Source of the DNA: an archaeon
GTDB lineage: Archaea; Undinarchaeota; Undinarchaeia; Undinarchaeales; JBDRKL01
Assembly (NCBI GenBank): GCA_043814055.1
Contig: JBDRKL010000012.1
Location: forward strand, 32,001-96,000
Reading direction: 5' to 3'
DNA: 64,000 nucleotides
Shown here piece after piece: positions 47,317 through 56,945 of the stretch. The notes under the pieces are model-generated. The model worked only from the letters and a program-made list of their open reading frames with translations. It was not told the origin of the DNA and searched no databases. The position numbers were made by a program, and so were the translations under genes. Position 1 is the first letter of the stretch. Each line of letters opens with the position of its first letter.

Positions 47317-47792
47317 TGAGGTCAATAAGAAATAACAAGGGATGGATAAGATTGGTTGAGGTAGCCTTGGCCAGCGCTCTTGTTTTTGGGTATATTACAT
47401 ACTTGCAGGGAACAATGCTGGTTGAAGACCCTGAACCGGAATGGGATTCTGCCAAATTGAAGTCCTATGGGGAGGATGCCTTCAAATCGCTTGACTTGAG
47501 CGATGTTCTCGGGGATTATAAGACAGACTTGAGGGAAAGACTGCTTGAAGGGACTTGGGTGACCTTGGGAGATGACTTGGATAGAATCCTACCAGAAAAT
47601 GTTGCATACGCTTTGTATTTTTACAGTAATACAACAGCTTTGTGGGAGCTCAAGGCAGGAATTGATGACTCGCAAGTCTCGGCTGGAAAGGACAAGGTTG
47701 TGGTGTTGTACGTTGTTGCCGGAGACCGCGGGGAATACTGCGAGGGAGAGGGCGCGTGCGTTCTGAAAATGGTGCTATGGTACATAATATGA
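47316..47792 (+). CDS. Pilin-like protein with class III signal peptide
   Basis: NKG/WIRLVE followed by a hydrophobic helix. Confidence 0.72.
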   Translation: MRSIRNNKGWIRLVEVALASALVFGYITYLQGTMLVEDPEPEWDSAKLKSYGEDAFKSLDLSDVLGDYKTDLRERLLEGTWVTLGDDLDRILPENVAYALYFYSNTTALWELKAGIDDSQVSAGKDKVVVLYVVAGDRGEYCEGEGACVLKMVLWYII

Positions 47793-48550
47793 AACTTGGA
47801 AATAGGAAAGGACAGTTTTTCATAGCCGCGGGCGTGATAATGATAATGACGATTGCAATTATATTCCACTTTGTCGTGAACGTTGAGGAAGTTGACAGCG
47901 CAGGAGTTGTTTCAAGTGATGCCGGGTTCTTCTTCAAGAACATCAGGGACGAGTATGGGATGGTGACTGAGATTTGTTTGGAAAATGCGTCGCAAGAGGG
48001 GCTGGATCCAACACAATCCGCAGACGTGCTTGATGCAAATATTTCAAATTTCACAGAGTTTGTGAAGGAGGTTGCGCGATGGAAAGGAATGGACCTCCAG
48101 GTCAGCACGCAGAGGAACACTGCAAACAACAGTTTCATGAACACTACTGTGAACCTGACGCTGAAGACGCAGAGCAATGAGCTGTACAGCAGTTTTGAAG
48201 CGGTTAGGGGGATACAGGTGGAAATTGAGAATCTAATTGCTTCTTCAACTGGCCCGCCAACTTGCACCCTTAACATAACGGGAGTGGAGTTTAACGTGAC
48301 TAAGGAGCATTATGAGCCAATGCCAGGGCTTGATACCACCACTTTTGGAGATCTCATTGCTGATATTTCAGGTTGTGGAACTGTCACGAATACTTGCACA
48401 TACACAGAAGTAGGAGGAGGAAAATATGCAGGCGCTTGTAGCCCTCTAGTACTTACCTGTCCTTGCCCAACAACAGTTGAAGTAACTCAGGATGTTGTGG
48501 ACCGCAGGAACATATATGGTGCAGGAACAAGAAGTTTCCCAGTGCCTTAA
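47789..48550 (+). CDS. Pilin-like protein with Cys-rich C-terminal domain
   Basis: RKG/QFFIAAG followed by a hydrophobic helix; six Cys in the C-terminal part. Confidence 0.72.
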   Translation: MKLGNRKGQFFIAAGVIMIMTIAIIFHFVVNVEEVDSAGVVSSDAGFFFKNIRDEYGMVTEICLENASQEGLDPTQSADVLDANISNFTEFVKEVARWKGMDLQVSTQRNTANNSFMNTTVNLTLKTQSNELYSSFEAVRGIQVEIENLIASSTGPPTCTLNITGVEFNVTKEHYEPMPGLDTTTFGDLIADISGCGTVTNTCTYTEVGGGKYAGACSPLVLTCPCPTTVEVTQDVVDRRNIYGAGTRSFPVP

Positions 48551-49740
48551 GCAGAGAGCAGAAACTTTCGCTCTTCCGGCTCAAGCCTAAAAAGTTCACT
48601 GTCTTTTGAAATCATTGCCAAGTAGGGAAACTGCTCAATCGCGCGCTTCTTTGAGCAGTGAAGCTCAGCGCCTATTTTTGCAGCGATTGCGTCACGAGTT
48701 GCCCGCGCAATTTTGGAGCGGCCCATTTTCATAATGATTGAGGGTGGGGCATACTTTGTGAACTTGCTGTATTTTTCGTGCTTCGCGCTTGAAACACCGA
48801 GAGCAATGTGGTCGTTGTAATACTTCAGCAAGCCCCAGGATTGTGTGCGCATTATTCTCCTGCTGAAAACGTCAGCGCGGGAAAGATGGTCATATGCCTT
48901 TGCGATTTCATCAGGCTTTTCATACTCGTTAGGAATGTTCTCAGCGAGCCAGTTGAATATTTCTTCAGGGTTCTTGCCAAAGCTGAAAAGGGTGTCCATT
49001 ATGAATTTTGAGTCCTTTGACTTGAAGATTGCCATAAGAACTTGGGTGATTTCTTTCTCGCGGTCACGGACCCCCATTGAATCCAAATCTTCAAACTTTA
49101 CATCTTTCACTCCGTTGGTTACACACTGCAAATCGTTTAAAGCAGCGCGCAAGTCTCCCTCGGAGCGGCGGGCTATTTCCGCAACAACATCCTTGCCAAT
49201 TTTCAGGTTTTCCAGACCTGCGATTTCCATAAGCTTTTTCGTTGCCTCGCGGATTCCAACCGGCTCCAACTTAATTGTTTTGCACTTCTTGCGGAGCAAG
49301 CTGAGCTTTGGCTTCCACGCGTCGTTGGCTGTGATTAGTACAGGGTAGCTTGACTCCTTGATTATCTCGTAAATCGCTGGCAAGCCGCCGCGGTCAGAGT
49401 TTCCGTGCACCCCGTCAATTTCATCAATGAGAATTATCTTGCCTTTTTTCTGGAGCAGGCTTTGCTGGCCTGATGCGTGGCCGAGCTTTTCCTTGATTGA
49501 GTTCTTTGTTCGGAAGTCTGAGGCGTTCATCTCAACGAGTTCATAATCAAACTCGTTGGCTAGCGCGATTGCAAGAGAGGTCTTGCCATTGCCTGTGGGG
49601 CCGTGGAGCAGGGGCGGCTTCGCTCCTTTCTTGAAATTTTTAACATAACTCAGGACGATTTCTATCGCTTTCTCGTGGCCGGCTATTTCGGAAAGTTTAT
49701 TGGGGCGGTATTTCTCAGTCCAGGGTGTTGATTCATTCAT
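48547..49740 (-). CDS. rfcL: Replication factor C large subunit
   Basis: WTEKYRP, GPTGNGKTS, EMNASDFR, IDEIDG. Confidence 0.95.
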   Translation of the reverse strand: MNESTPWTEKYRPNKLSEIAGHEKAIEIVLSYVKNFKKGAKPPLLHGPTGNGKTSLAIALANEFDYELVEMNASDFRTKNSIKEKLGHASGQQSLLQKKGKIILIDEIDGVHGNSDRGGLPAIYEIIKESSYPVLITANDAWKPKLSLLRKKCKTIKLEPVGIREATKKLMEIAGLENLKIGKDVVAEIARRSEGDLRAALNDLQCVTNGVKDVKFEDLDSMGVRDREKEITQVLMAIFKSKDSKFIMDTLFSFGKNPEEIFNWLAENIPNEYEKPDEIAKAYDHLSRADVFSRRIMRTQSWGLLKYYNDHIALGVSSAKHEKYSKFTKYAPPSIIMKMGRSKIARATRDAIAAKIGAELHCSKKRAIEQFPYLAMISKDSELFRLEPEERKFLLSA

Positions 49741-50711
49741 TGCTTCTTGCTGCCCAGCGCGTAGAACTGAGCCAGAAGAGCATCCAGCTGGACGCGCGCG
49801 TCAGAGCCCTCCGTAATCCTGAAGTCGTACTCGCCGAGCTTGTCTAGCAAAATAACGAGCTGATCCTGCGGCAGGTCCATTCCCATCAGCACTGAGTGCA
49901 CCTGGCGTATCACGTCCTCACCGGCGAGACCCTGCTTAATCATGAAATCATCCATCTTCTTCTTTGCGTCCTTGAATTTTCCATCCAAGGCGAGCTTGAC
50001 GCACTCCTCAACATCCTTTGGCTTTGCGCGGGTCGCGACCTTGAAGATTGTTTCCTCGTCTATCTTGTCGCCGAGCGCTGAGGACGCCTGGAGAAGGTTT
50101 ATCGCGTGGCGCAAATCTCCGCGGGCTATGCCGAGTATCGCATCTGACCCGCTGTCCTCAAGCTTAACATCCTCTTCTTTCGCGATGTGCTTAAGCTGTC
50201 CTGCGATGTCCTCGTCTGTGAGCGGGGTGAAGCGGAAGAGCATGCAGCGGCTCTGGATTGGATCTATGATTTTTGAGTTGTAGTTGCAGGCGAGTATAAA
50301 GCGGCATGTGTTGGTGTAGTTCTCCATTGTCCTGCGGAGTGCCTGCTGGGCTTCCCGGGTTAGAGCGTCGCTCTCGTCAAGGTAGATTATCTTGTAGGGG
50401 ATTTCGCCGAGCGGCCGGGTTCTCGCAAAGTTCTTGACCTTGTTGCGGATGACGTCAATGCCCCTTTCATCAGATGCGTTAAGCTCAAGAATGTTTGACT
50501 TCCAGCCCTCGCCAAAGAGCTCGCGGGCTATGGCTATTGCGCAAGTTGTCTTGCCTGTTCCAGCCGGACCTGAGAACATCAGGTGCTGCAGGGATTTATT
50601 TTCTACAAATGCCTTCAGCCGCGATACAACTTCCTTCTGCCCGACAACCTGGCCGAGCTTTAGCGGCCTGTACTTCTCAGTCCAGACCTGCGTGAATGAT
50701 TGTTCTGCCAT
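49737..50711 (-). CDS. rfcS: Replication factor C small subunit
   Basis: WTEKYRP, GPAGTGKTT, ELNASDERG, SRC. Confidence 0.96.
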   Translation of the reverse strand: MAEQSFTQVWTEKYRPLKLGQVVGQKEVVSRLKAFVENKSLQHLMFSGPAGTGKTTCAIAIARELFGEGWKSNILELNASDERGIDVIRNKVKNFARTRPLGEIPYKIIYLDESDALTREAQQALRRTMENYTNTCRFILACNYNSKIIDPIQSRCMLFRFTPLTDEDIAGQLKHIAKEEDVKLEDSGSDAILGIARGDLRHAINLLQASSALGDKIDEETIFKVATRAKPKDVEECVKLALDGKFKDAKKKMDDFMIKQGLAGEDVIRQVHSVLMGMDLPQDQLVILLDKLGEYDFRITEGSDARVQLDALLAQFYALGSKKQ

Positions 50712-50825
50712 CTTTTCTCCCAACACATACAAGGACAGCCCCATTTAAATAATGTTCACCTCCATAGGAAATTGTGCCTGAAAAAATTGGAAAAGGTTTA
50801 TATACTACAATTTATGAACTAGACG

Positions 50826-50930
50826 CTCCCAATGCGAAGTGCTTTGGCTGAAGTGCTTCCCTGATGTTTTTGGCTGAGGGCGCAGGAGAGAATTCCTGCG
50901 CATCTGATGCCAACGCCTGCTTTGGGAGGT
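50826..50930 (+). promoter_or_regulatory. Structured 5' leader of the histone gene
   Basis: TATA at 50798-50804; outer stem CTCCCAA/TTGGGAG overlapping the SD; inner hairpin GCGCAGGA/TCCTGCGC. Confidence 0.5.
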
Positions 50931-50940
50931 GGGAGATACA

Positions 50941-51141
50941 ATGGCTGAATTAGCTTTTGCAGCCGTGTCAAGCGTTATGAAACGCGCGGGTGCAGAAAGA
51001 GTTTCTGTTGAGGGAACAGAGAGCCTGCGGGAAATCCTTGAGTCATACGGGAACGAGATAGCGATTAAAGCGCTTGAGTTCGCCCAGCACGCTGGGAGAA
51101 AAACCGTACGCGCCGAGGACATTACCCTGGCTCTCGCATAA
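50941..51141 (+). CDS. Archaeal histone (HMf family)
   Basis: KRAGAERVS...[15 protein letters not shown]. Confidence 0.93.
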   Translation: MAELAFAAVSSVMKRAGAERVSVEGTESLREILESYGNEIAIKALEFAQHAGRKTVRAEDITLALA

Positions 51142-51148
51142 ACAATTT

Positions 51149-51179
51149 GGGGCACTTGGTGCCCCTTTTTCCTTTTTTT
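51149..51179 (+). terminator. Hairpin plus oligo-T terminator after the histone gene
   Basis: GGGGCAC-ttg-GTGCCCC-TTTTTCCTTTTTTT. Confidence 0.6.
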
Positions 51180-51213
51180 AAAATTATTTAAACAAATAAA
51201 ATAAAGTCTTTTT

Positions 51214-51882
51214 ATGGAATATCCAATTCACTTGGCTGCGATTCCTGACGGATGCAGGCGATGGGCTGAGGAGCGGGGCAAAATGCCGTGGGAAGGGCAT
51301 AAGAAAGGCATTGAGACCCTGGAGGAAGTTGCAAAATGGGGCTTCAACAACACGCCGATAAAATATTTTACTGTTTACGGATTGTCAATGGAGAACCTGC
51401 AGAGGCCAAAGGCGCAGCTGAGCGCGCTAGACCGGCTGTACTCTGAACATTTCGCGCGGATTGCGGCAGATGAGGACATCCACAAGAATGAGGTGCGCGT
51501 TGACATGATAGGCCGTGAGGAATTATTGCCAAAGAGAATAAAAGCTGCTGTGAAAAAAGCGCGGGAAGAGACAGGGAAGTATAACAAGAGATTTTTGTAC
51601 ATCGCGCTGGCTTACTCTGGCAGGGCTGAGATTATTGACGCTGTCAAGAAAGTCAAAGGCGAGCTGACCGAGGAAGCGGTTTCAAAGAATCTTTACGCAA
51701 ACGCGCCAGAGCCGGACTTGATAATCAGAACCGCTGAGCAGAGGATGAGCAACTTCCTCCTGTGGCAGGGGGCATATGCAGAGCTTTACTTTTTTGACAA
51801 GCATTGGCCGGACTTCACGATTGAGGACTTGAAGAAAGCGCTGGAAGCTTATAATGAAAGGAAGAGGCGATTTGGGAAATGA
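51214..51882 (+). CDS. uppS: cis-prenyltransferase (undecaprenyl diphosphate synthase family)
   Basis: HLAAIPDGCRRWA, GH..G, S.EN..R, PDLIIRT, RMSNFLLWQ, RRFG. Confidence 0.93.
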   Translation: MEYPIHLAAIPDGCRRWAEERGKMPWEGHKKGIETLEEVAKWGFNNTPIKYFTVYGLSMENLQRPKAQLSALDRLYSEHFARIAADEDIHKNEVRVDMIGREELLPKRIKAAVKKAREETGKYNKRFLYIALAYSGRAEIIDAVKKVKGELTEEAVSKNLYANAPEPDLIIRTAEQRMSNFLLWQGAYAELYFFDKHWPDFTIEDLKKALEAYNERKRRFGK

Positions 51883-51883
51883 G

Positions 51884-52927
51884 CTAGAGGATGTGGCGCA
51901 GGTAGGGCAGAAGTTTCAGCGCCCTGGGGTTTTTTAAGAGATGCTTAACAAGAATTGAAGGTTTTTCAGTGTTCCCGTACTCTGCTATGACCTCGTTGAG
52001 ATTTGCGCTCTTTACTAGTTTAGTTATGTTGTCAATTTCAGAGTCCTGGAGCTTCTTGTAGATTTCATGGATTTTGTGGTTGAGTTTCAGTTCAGGGAGC
52101 GCTTCTATTTTCCAGTTTTCCTCGTAGCCCTGCAAATTGTTGTTCTTTATTGCTTCTGCGAGAATTTCTGCAGAGAGAAAACCCATATAAACCCCGCCGC
52201 CGGTTGTGGCTTTCACTTGCCCAGCTGCGTCGCCGAGCAGAGCAACATTATCTTTTACAAAGGACGAGCGCCACTTGAGCGGGATTTGTCCGGCGTTTTT
52301 CTGAAGAATTTCAGGCGAGCTGAACTTTTTCTTCACGAACTTGTCAAGGTATGCCACCGGGCTCTTGTTCGTTGCGAGGCCGACACGCAGGTTGTCGCCT
52401 GCAGGGACTATCCACGCGAAGAAATTAGGAGCCACCTCGCTGCCAGCGTAGGCCTCAACAAAATCTTCGTCGTAGCCTGGGTTTTTTATAACGTATTGCA
52501 CCCCGACCACGACGTCTTCAAGGGGAGGGAATCCTGCTAGCCGCGCGATTTCTGAGCTTGGCCCGTCAGCACCGATTACGTAATCGCTTTTTGGAATTTC
52601 AGAAACGCGCGTGTTGAATTTAACATCAACATCCTCGGCTAAGTGCTGGTCAAATTTCGCGCGGTCAACTATATACGCCTTCACTTCGCTTTGCTTCACC
52701 TCAATCATTTCCCCTGAGGGAGAGAATAGCCTGGCTCCGCGGATTTTGTTTAGTATAATTTCTTCAGGGATTTTCACGAACTGCTCTATTGTTTTGCTGA
52801 GTATGCCTGTACACTGCACTGGCTCGCCGACCTTTGGGTGCTCTTCAAGGATTTCAACGTCAAAATCTTTTAACTGCTTGGCTAAATATAATCCTGCAGG
52901 CCCGGCGCCGACAATTGAAATGTGCAT
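51884..52927 (-). CDS. Geranylgeranyl reductase family flavoprotein
   Basis: GAGPAG, PVQCTG, GADG..S, FFAWIVP, GDAAGQVK.TTGGG. Confidence 0.88.
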   Translation of the reverse strand: MHISIVGAGPAGLYLAKQLKDFDVEILEEHPKVGEPVQCTGILSKTIEQFVKIPEEIILNKIRGARLFSPSGEMIEVKQSEVKAYIVDRAKFDQHLAEDVDVKFNTRVSEIPKSDYVIGADGPSSEIARLAGFPPLEDVVVGVQYVIKNPGYDEDFVEAYAGSEVAPNFFAWIVPAGDNLRVGLATNKSPVAYLDKFVKKKFSSPEILQKNAGQIPLKWRSSFVKDNVALLGDAAGQVKATTGGGVYMGFLSAEILAEAIKNNNLQGYEENWKIEALPELKLNHKIHEIYKKLQDSEIDNITKLVKSANLNEVIAEYGNTEKPSILVKHLLKNPRALKLLPYLRHIL

Positions 52928-53035
52928 AAGTTTATATCTGCTTGAGTTAATTTAAATGTATGGCAGTACAAAGCATAACAAATTATACCAGCTTTGTACT
53001 AATTTCAAAGCCTGGGAAATTGGTGAAACTTTGAA

Positions 53036-53299
53036 ATGGCAGAGCACGAGAACCTCAAGCAGAAGATAAAGGACATTATTGAGAATGATATTGAGCACAA
53101 ATGGAGAACTTTCAGCCTTGCAGATGTTGTTGAAGAGGCGAAGATACAGGGAATTAGCGAGCACGAGGTTGAGGAGATTATGCACGAGCTCATTGAGGAC
53201 AATTACATTCACGAGGTCCGCGGGGCGCACGAGCTTTATGAGCGGACTGTTTGGAAAGATTACAACCCGGCGAATGAAGAGGGGCCGGATTTTAGCTGA
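53036..53299 (+). CDS. Small acidic winged-helix-like protein
   Basis: Pattern DVVEEA...ISEHEVEEIMHEL...YIHE, similar to the MCM/RPA C-terminal wH. Confidence 0.6.
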   Translation: MAEHENLKQKIKDIIENDIEHKWRTFSLADVVEEAKIQGISEHEVEEIMHELIEDNYIHEVRGAHELYERTVWKDYNPANEEGPDFS

Positions 53300-53946
53300 T
53301 GGATAAAAAAAGCAACAAAGCAACAAGTACTGAGTTTAAGTGCACAAGCTGCAATGGCGTGATAATGCAGAGCGATAAGGTGCCGATAAAAATTGAAGGG
53401 GAAGAGTGCACAATTGACGGATATTTCTGCCCGAAGTGCGAGGTCGTATTTTTCAGGGATAGGAACGTTAGGAAGGCGAAAGAAATTATTATTCCGGCAG
53501 ATAATAAAGAAAGTGGGCTTATTGTAGAAGGCGGAAAAATTGGCATAGCAAATATAAAAAAGAATCACATCTGCATATGTAGAAACGATAGAAAAACTAT
53601 AAAAGAGAACCAAGAGGTTTTGATTACCCGAAAGAGTGGTGATATTGAAAGATATCATACCTGGGCTTTCTACTGCAAAAATTGCAAAACATTTGTTCCG
53701 ATAGGCGTTGAGAACATTAGATGGATTTGTGGTAATCGGGGGGAGAAATTTGAAATACATAAGAAACCAGAAACAAAAGGAAAATCCAAGTTTCAGAGAT
53801 GTTTCTGTGGCACTGAAGAGTGTGAAGAGCGAGTTGATTATATCTTAATTGGAAAAAAACAATTAAAGGTTAATGCAGCTGTCTGCACTAGAGATTATTG
53901 CGTGTTCATAAAACTTGACAAAAAGAGAATGAAAGACATTATGTAA
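53299..53946 (+). CDS. Cys-rich protein with three tandem zinc-ribbon-like repeats
   Basis: CTSC..CPKC; CIC..CKNC; CFC..CTRDYC. Confidence 0.7.
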   Translation: MDKKSNKATSTEFKCTSCNGVIMQSDKVPIKIEGEECTIDGYFCPKCEVVFFRDRNVRKAKEIIIPADNKESGLIVEGGKIGIANIKKNHICICRNDRKTIKENQEVLITRKSGDIERYHTWAFYCKNCKTFVPIGVENIRWICGNRGEKFEIHKKPETKGKSKFQRCFCGTEECEERVDYILIGKKQLKVNAAVCTRDYCVFIKLDKKRMKDIM

Positions 53947-55099
53947 GAAGGTAAAAAGGGGTCGCCTTCTTGATTTCAACCTGCTTTGTTTCCCCGATTT
54001 TCCCTTCAATTATGATTTGCTTGTAAGCATAATTCCTGCCCTGGCTTTCTTCGTCAATTAAAACTGAACCCGTCCAGCCGAGCCAGGTGTTGTTGCGCTT
54101 TTGCCTGACTTCTTTCGCAAGGTCTGTGAGCTTTGAGCTGCGGTTCTTTTTCACAACTTCCTCATGCTCTTTGAGTTTTTCAGCTTCAGTGCCTGGGCGT
54201 TTTCCGAAGCGGGAGATGTTTATGTCGTCCGGCTCTATTTCTTTGATTAAATCCAGGGTGTCTTGGAACTGCGCTTCGGTTTCTGTGGGGTATCCAACAA
54301 TCACGTCTGTTGAGATTGCGAAGCCTGGGAATTCTTTTCTGAATCTCTCAACTATTTGCTTGAATTCTTCCACGGAATATTGCCGGTTCATATCTTTGAG
54401 GACTTGGTCATTCCCACTTTGAACTGGCAGATGCAGAAACTTAAACAATTTCTCGCTTTTGAAAGCCCCAATTAACTCATCTTGGATTTTTAAAACGTGA
54501 TTTGGATTCATCATACCCACGCGGACTTTGAAATCTCCATGCACTGCGCAGACTTTTGTGAGAAGCTCAGCGAGGTTGGAATTTATATCAAAGCCATACG
54601 CTGCGGTGTCCTGCGCTGTAATCCAGATTTCCTTACAGCCGTCCTGGATGAATTGCTCAACTGATTTGATTATTTTTTCAGGCGCGTAACTCTTTAATGG
54701 ACCACGCGCATTCTTCACAATACAATAAGTGCAATTACCCAAACAGCCTGAACTGATTGGAACTATTCCAATTATTTTGTTGGTTCGAATTACTGGACCA
54801 TCCAAGACCTCTTCATGCTTAACGCCCCAAAACTCTGCGTTCGGTGCAACTTTTTTCAATTCCTCAAGCTGGACTTCGGGCATGCAGCCTGCGATGATTA
54901 GTTTTTTGTGCCTGAGCTCTTTGACTCGCTTCAGGATTTTGAGCTCAGTTGGCTTTTTCACAGTGCAAGTGTTGATTACAATTAAATCCGCGTCTTTTTC
55001 AGACTCAACTTGCTCGTGCTCAGCGCTCAACACTCCTGCTATGTGCTCGGAGTCTGCGAAATTTCTGGAGCAGCCGTAGGTTTCGATGTAGAACTTCAT
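53939..55099 (-). CDS. tRNA t6A37 methylthiotransferase (MiaB/MtaB-CDKAL1-like radical SAM)
   Basis: ETYGC..N, NTCTVK, GC, CLGNCTYC, HLPVQSG, TDVIVGYP, TRAM tail. Confidence 0.92.
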   Translation of the reverse strand: MKFYIETYGCSRNFADSEHIAGVLSAEHEQVESEKDADLIVINTCTVKKPTELKILKRVKELRHKKLIIAGCMPEVQLEELKKVAPNAEFWGVKHEEVLDGPVIRTNKIIGIVPISSGCLGNCTYCIVKNARGPLKSYAPEKIIKSVEQFIQDGCKEIWITAQDTAAYGFDINSNLAELLTKVCAVHGDFKVRVGMMNPNHVLKIQDELIGAFKSEKLFKFLHLPVQSGNDQVLKDMNRQYSVEEFKQIVERFRKEFPGFAISTDVIVGYPTETEAQFQDTLDLIKEIEPDDINISRFGKRPGTEAEKLKEHEEVVKKNRSSKLTDLAKEVRQKRNNTWLGWTGSVLIDEESQGRNYAYKQIIIEGKIGETKQVEIKKATPFYLLT

Positions 55100-55151
55100 G
55101 ATTGATTTGTTGTTGAGAATGTTTATTAAGTTGGGGGTTTAATAATAAAAT

Positions 55152-55565
55152 ATGAATGAAAAAGAATTTTTCAGAAACTTTTTCCCCAAAATTCTTAGCG
55201 GAGAAATAAAGCAACCGATTGTGGCTTTTGAGGGGTCAGGCAAATGTTTTACAGATAGGACAGATTTGCATATCTCCAAAATACACCAAACTGCCCTTAT
55301 ACACATAATAAACGAAAAACCAGCCGTGATAGATCTTGCCCGCCGAGACTTTGGAACAGAAACAGGGGTACTGTACGTATATTCTGGAATGGAGAACCTA
55401 GGCAGGAAGGATATAAAGACTATTAGTGATCGCTTAAAGGATTTCCCTTTGCCCTACATAATTCTTGCAAATTCAAAAGAATATGAGAGATTAAGACGAA
55501 ATAATCACTTCCAAAAATTAAAGCCAATTTTTATTGATAATGAAGGAAATGTTTCTGAAGTTTAA
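55152..55565 (+). CDS. Hypothetical protein
   Basis: 137-aa AT-rich ORF after a TATA-like TTTATTAA. Confidence 0.55.
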   Translation: MNEKEFFRNFFPKILSGEIKQPIVAFEGSGKCFTDRTDLHISKIHQTALIHIINEKPAVIDLARRDFGTETGVLYVYSGMENLGRKDIKTISDRLKDFPLPYIILANSKEYERLRRNNHFQKLKPIFIDNEGNVSEV

Positions 55566-55568
55566 GAA

Positions 55569-56357
55569 TTAAATCAACGAGCCATCCAAAGCACTCTTGC
55601 ACCCGCACTTTCTCTCTTTTGAAATCTTTGGAATAACTTCCGCGAGCAGTTTCTTGACTTTCTCCTCACTTTCCTTCATTGTCTTGATTACTTCTTCAAG
55701 TGTTACAGCGCCCTCTTTCCAGCAGTCGTAATCAGTCACAGTTGCGATTGAGGCGTAGCAGATTTGGGCTTCGCGGGCGAGGATGCACTCAGGCACAAGA
55801 GTCATTCCGATTACGTCGCAGCCCCACTGCCTGTAAAGAAGGGACTCGGCGCGGGTTGAGAAGCGCGGACCCTGGACGCAGATGTACGTGCCTTTAGGGT
55901 GGTGAGAGTACTCAAGCGCGTTGCACTGCTCTATGAGAGTATTGCGCAGTTCCGGACAGAATGGGTCTGCCATTGAGATATGGCACACCTGACCGTGGTC
56001 ATAGAATGTTTTCTGCCTGCCCCAGGTTCTGTCTATGAACTGGTCGCAAATTACGATGTCGCCGGGCTTGGTTTCTTCTTTCATTCCGCCAACTGCCTGC
56101 GGAGCGAGAATGTGCGTAACTCCTAACTGCTTGAGCGCGTCAATGTTCGCGCGGAAGTTGATTGAGTGTGGCGGGATTGTATGCTTTTTCCCGTGTCGCG
56201 GCAGGAACGCGATTTGCTTTCCCTGAAATTCGCCGATTGTGATTTTGTCAGAGGGCTCGCCGTACTTTGTCTTTACTGCGATTTCCTTAGAGTTCTTGAG
56301 CATCCCGGGGTCGTAGACGCCTGTGCCGCCGATTATTGCAATTTCTGCTTTTTCCAT
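55569..56357 (-). CDS. mtnP: S-methyl-5'-thioadenosine phosphorylase
   Basis: IIGGTG, LPRHG, GPRFSTRAES, GMT..PE, VTDYDCW. Confidence 0.94.
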   Translation of the reverse strand: MEKAEIAIIGGTGVYDPGMLKNSKEIAVKTKYGEPSDKITIGEFQGKQIAFLPRHGKKHTIPPHSINFRANIDALKQLGVTHILAPQAVGGMKEETKPGDIVICDQFIDRTWGRQKTFYDHGQVCHISMADPFCPELRNTLIEQCNALEYSHHPKGTYICVQGPRFSTRAESLLYRQWGCDVIGMTLVPECILAREAQICYASIATVTDYDCWKEGAVTLEEVIKTMKESEEKVKKLLAEVIPKISKERKCGCKSALDGSLI

Positions 56358-56417
56358 AATGGACTTTTGGTTCAAAAGCTATATAAACTTTAAACCGTAT
56401 TTTTCCGAGGTGAGTTA

Positions 56418-56945
56418 ATGGATTTAAAATCAAGTATTCGCAACGTGCCGGATTTCCCGAAGAAGGGAATAATGTTCAGGGACATTACTACGCTTTTGGA
56501 AAACCCTGAAGCGTTCAAGTACTGCATAGACCAGTTCGCTGGGCACTACAAGGGCAAGGGAATTGACATTATTGTCGGGGTTGAGAGCCGCGGGTTCATG
56601 TTCGGCGCAGCACTTGCCTATGCAATGGGAAAGCCGCTTATGATTGTGCGCAAGCCAGGAAAGCTTCCGTGCGACGTGGTTTTTGAGGAGTACGAGCTTG
56701 AGTATGGCACTGACAAGATTGAGATGCACGCGAACTGCATCAAGCCCGGGCAGACCGCGCTTTTGATTGATGACCTGCTCGCCACGGGTGGAACCATACG
56801 CGCCACTGCGAATCTGGTTGAGAAGATTGGAGGGAAGATTGGCGGGATTGCTTTTGTGGTTGAACTCACGTTCCTGAACGGGAAAGATAAACTAAAAAAT
56901 TATGACGTGTTCACGCTTGTTGAATACGATTCAGAGGAGGAGTAA
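56418..56945 (+). CDS. apt: Adenine phosphoribosyltransferase
   Basis: DFPKKGIMFRDITTL, ESRGF, RKPGKLP, IDDLLATGGT. Confidence 0.96.
   Translation: MDLKSSIRNVPDFPKKGIMFRDITTLLENPEAFKYCIDQFAGHYKGKGIDIIVGVESRGFMFGAALAYAMGKPLMIVRKPGKLPCDVVFEEYELEYGTDKIEMHANCIKPGQTALLIDDLLATGGTIRATANLVEKIGGKIGGIAFVVELTFLNGKDKLKNYDVFTLVEYDSEEE

Noticed and set aside
41278-48550. Archaellum operon
   Set aside because: There is no archaellin, ArlH, ArlF/G or chemotaxis gene; the layout fits a pilus.
50826-50930. TPP or fluoride riboswitch upstream of the histone gene
   Set aside because: The conserved cores (CUGAGA...CCUGA; GAUGG...GCUGAUG pseudoknot) are not present in the right arrangement.
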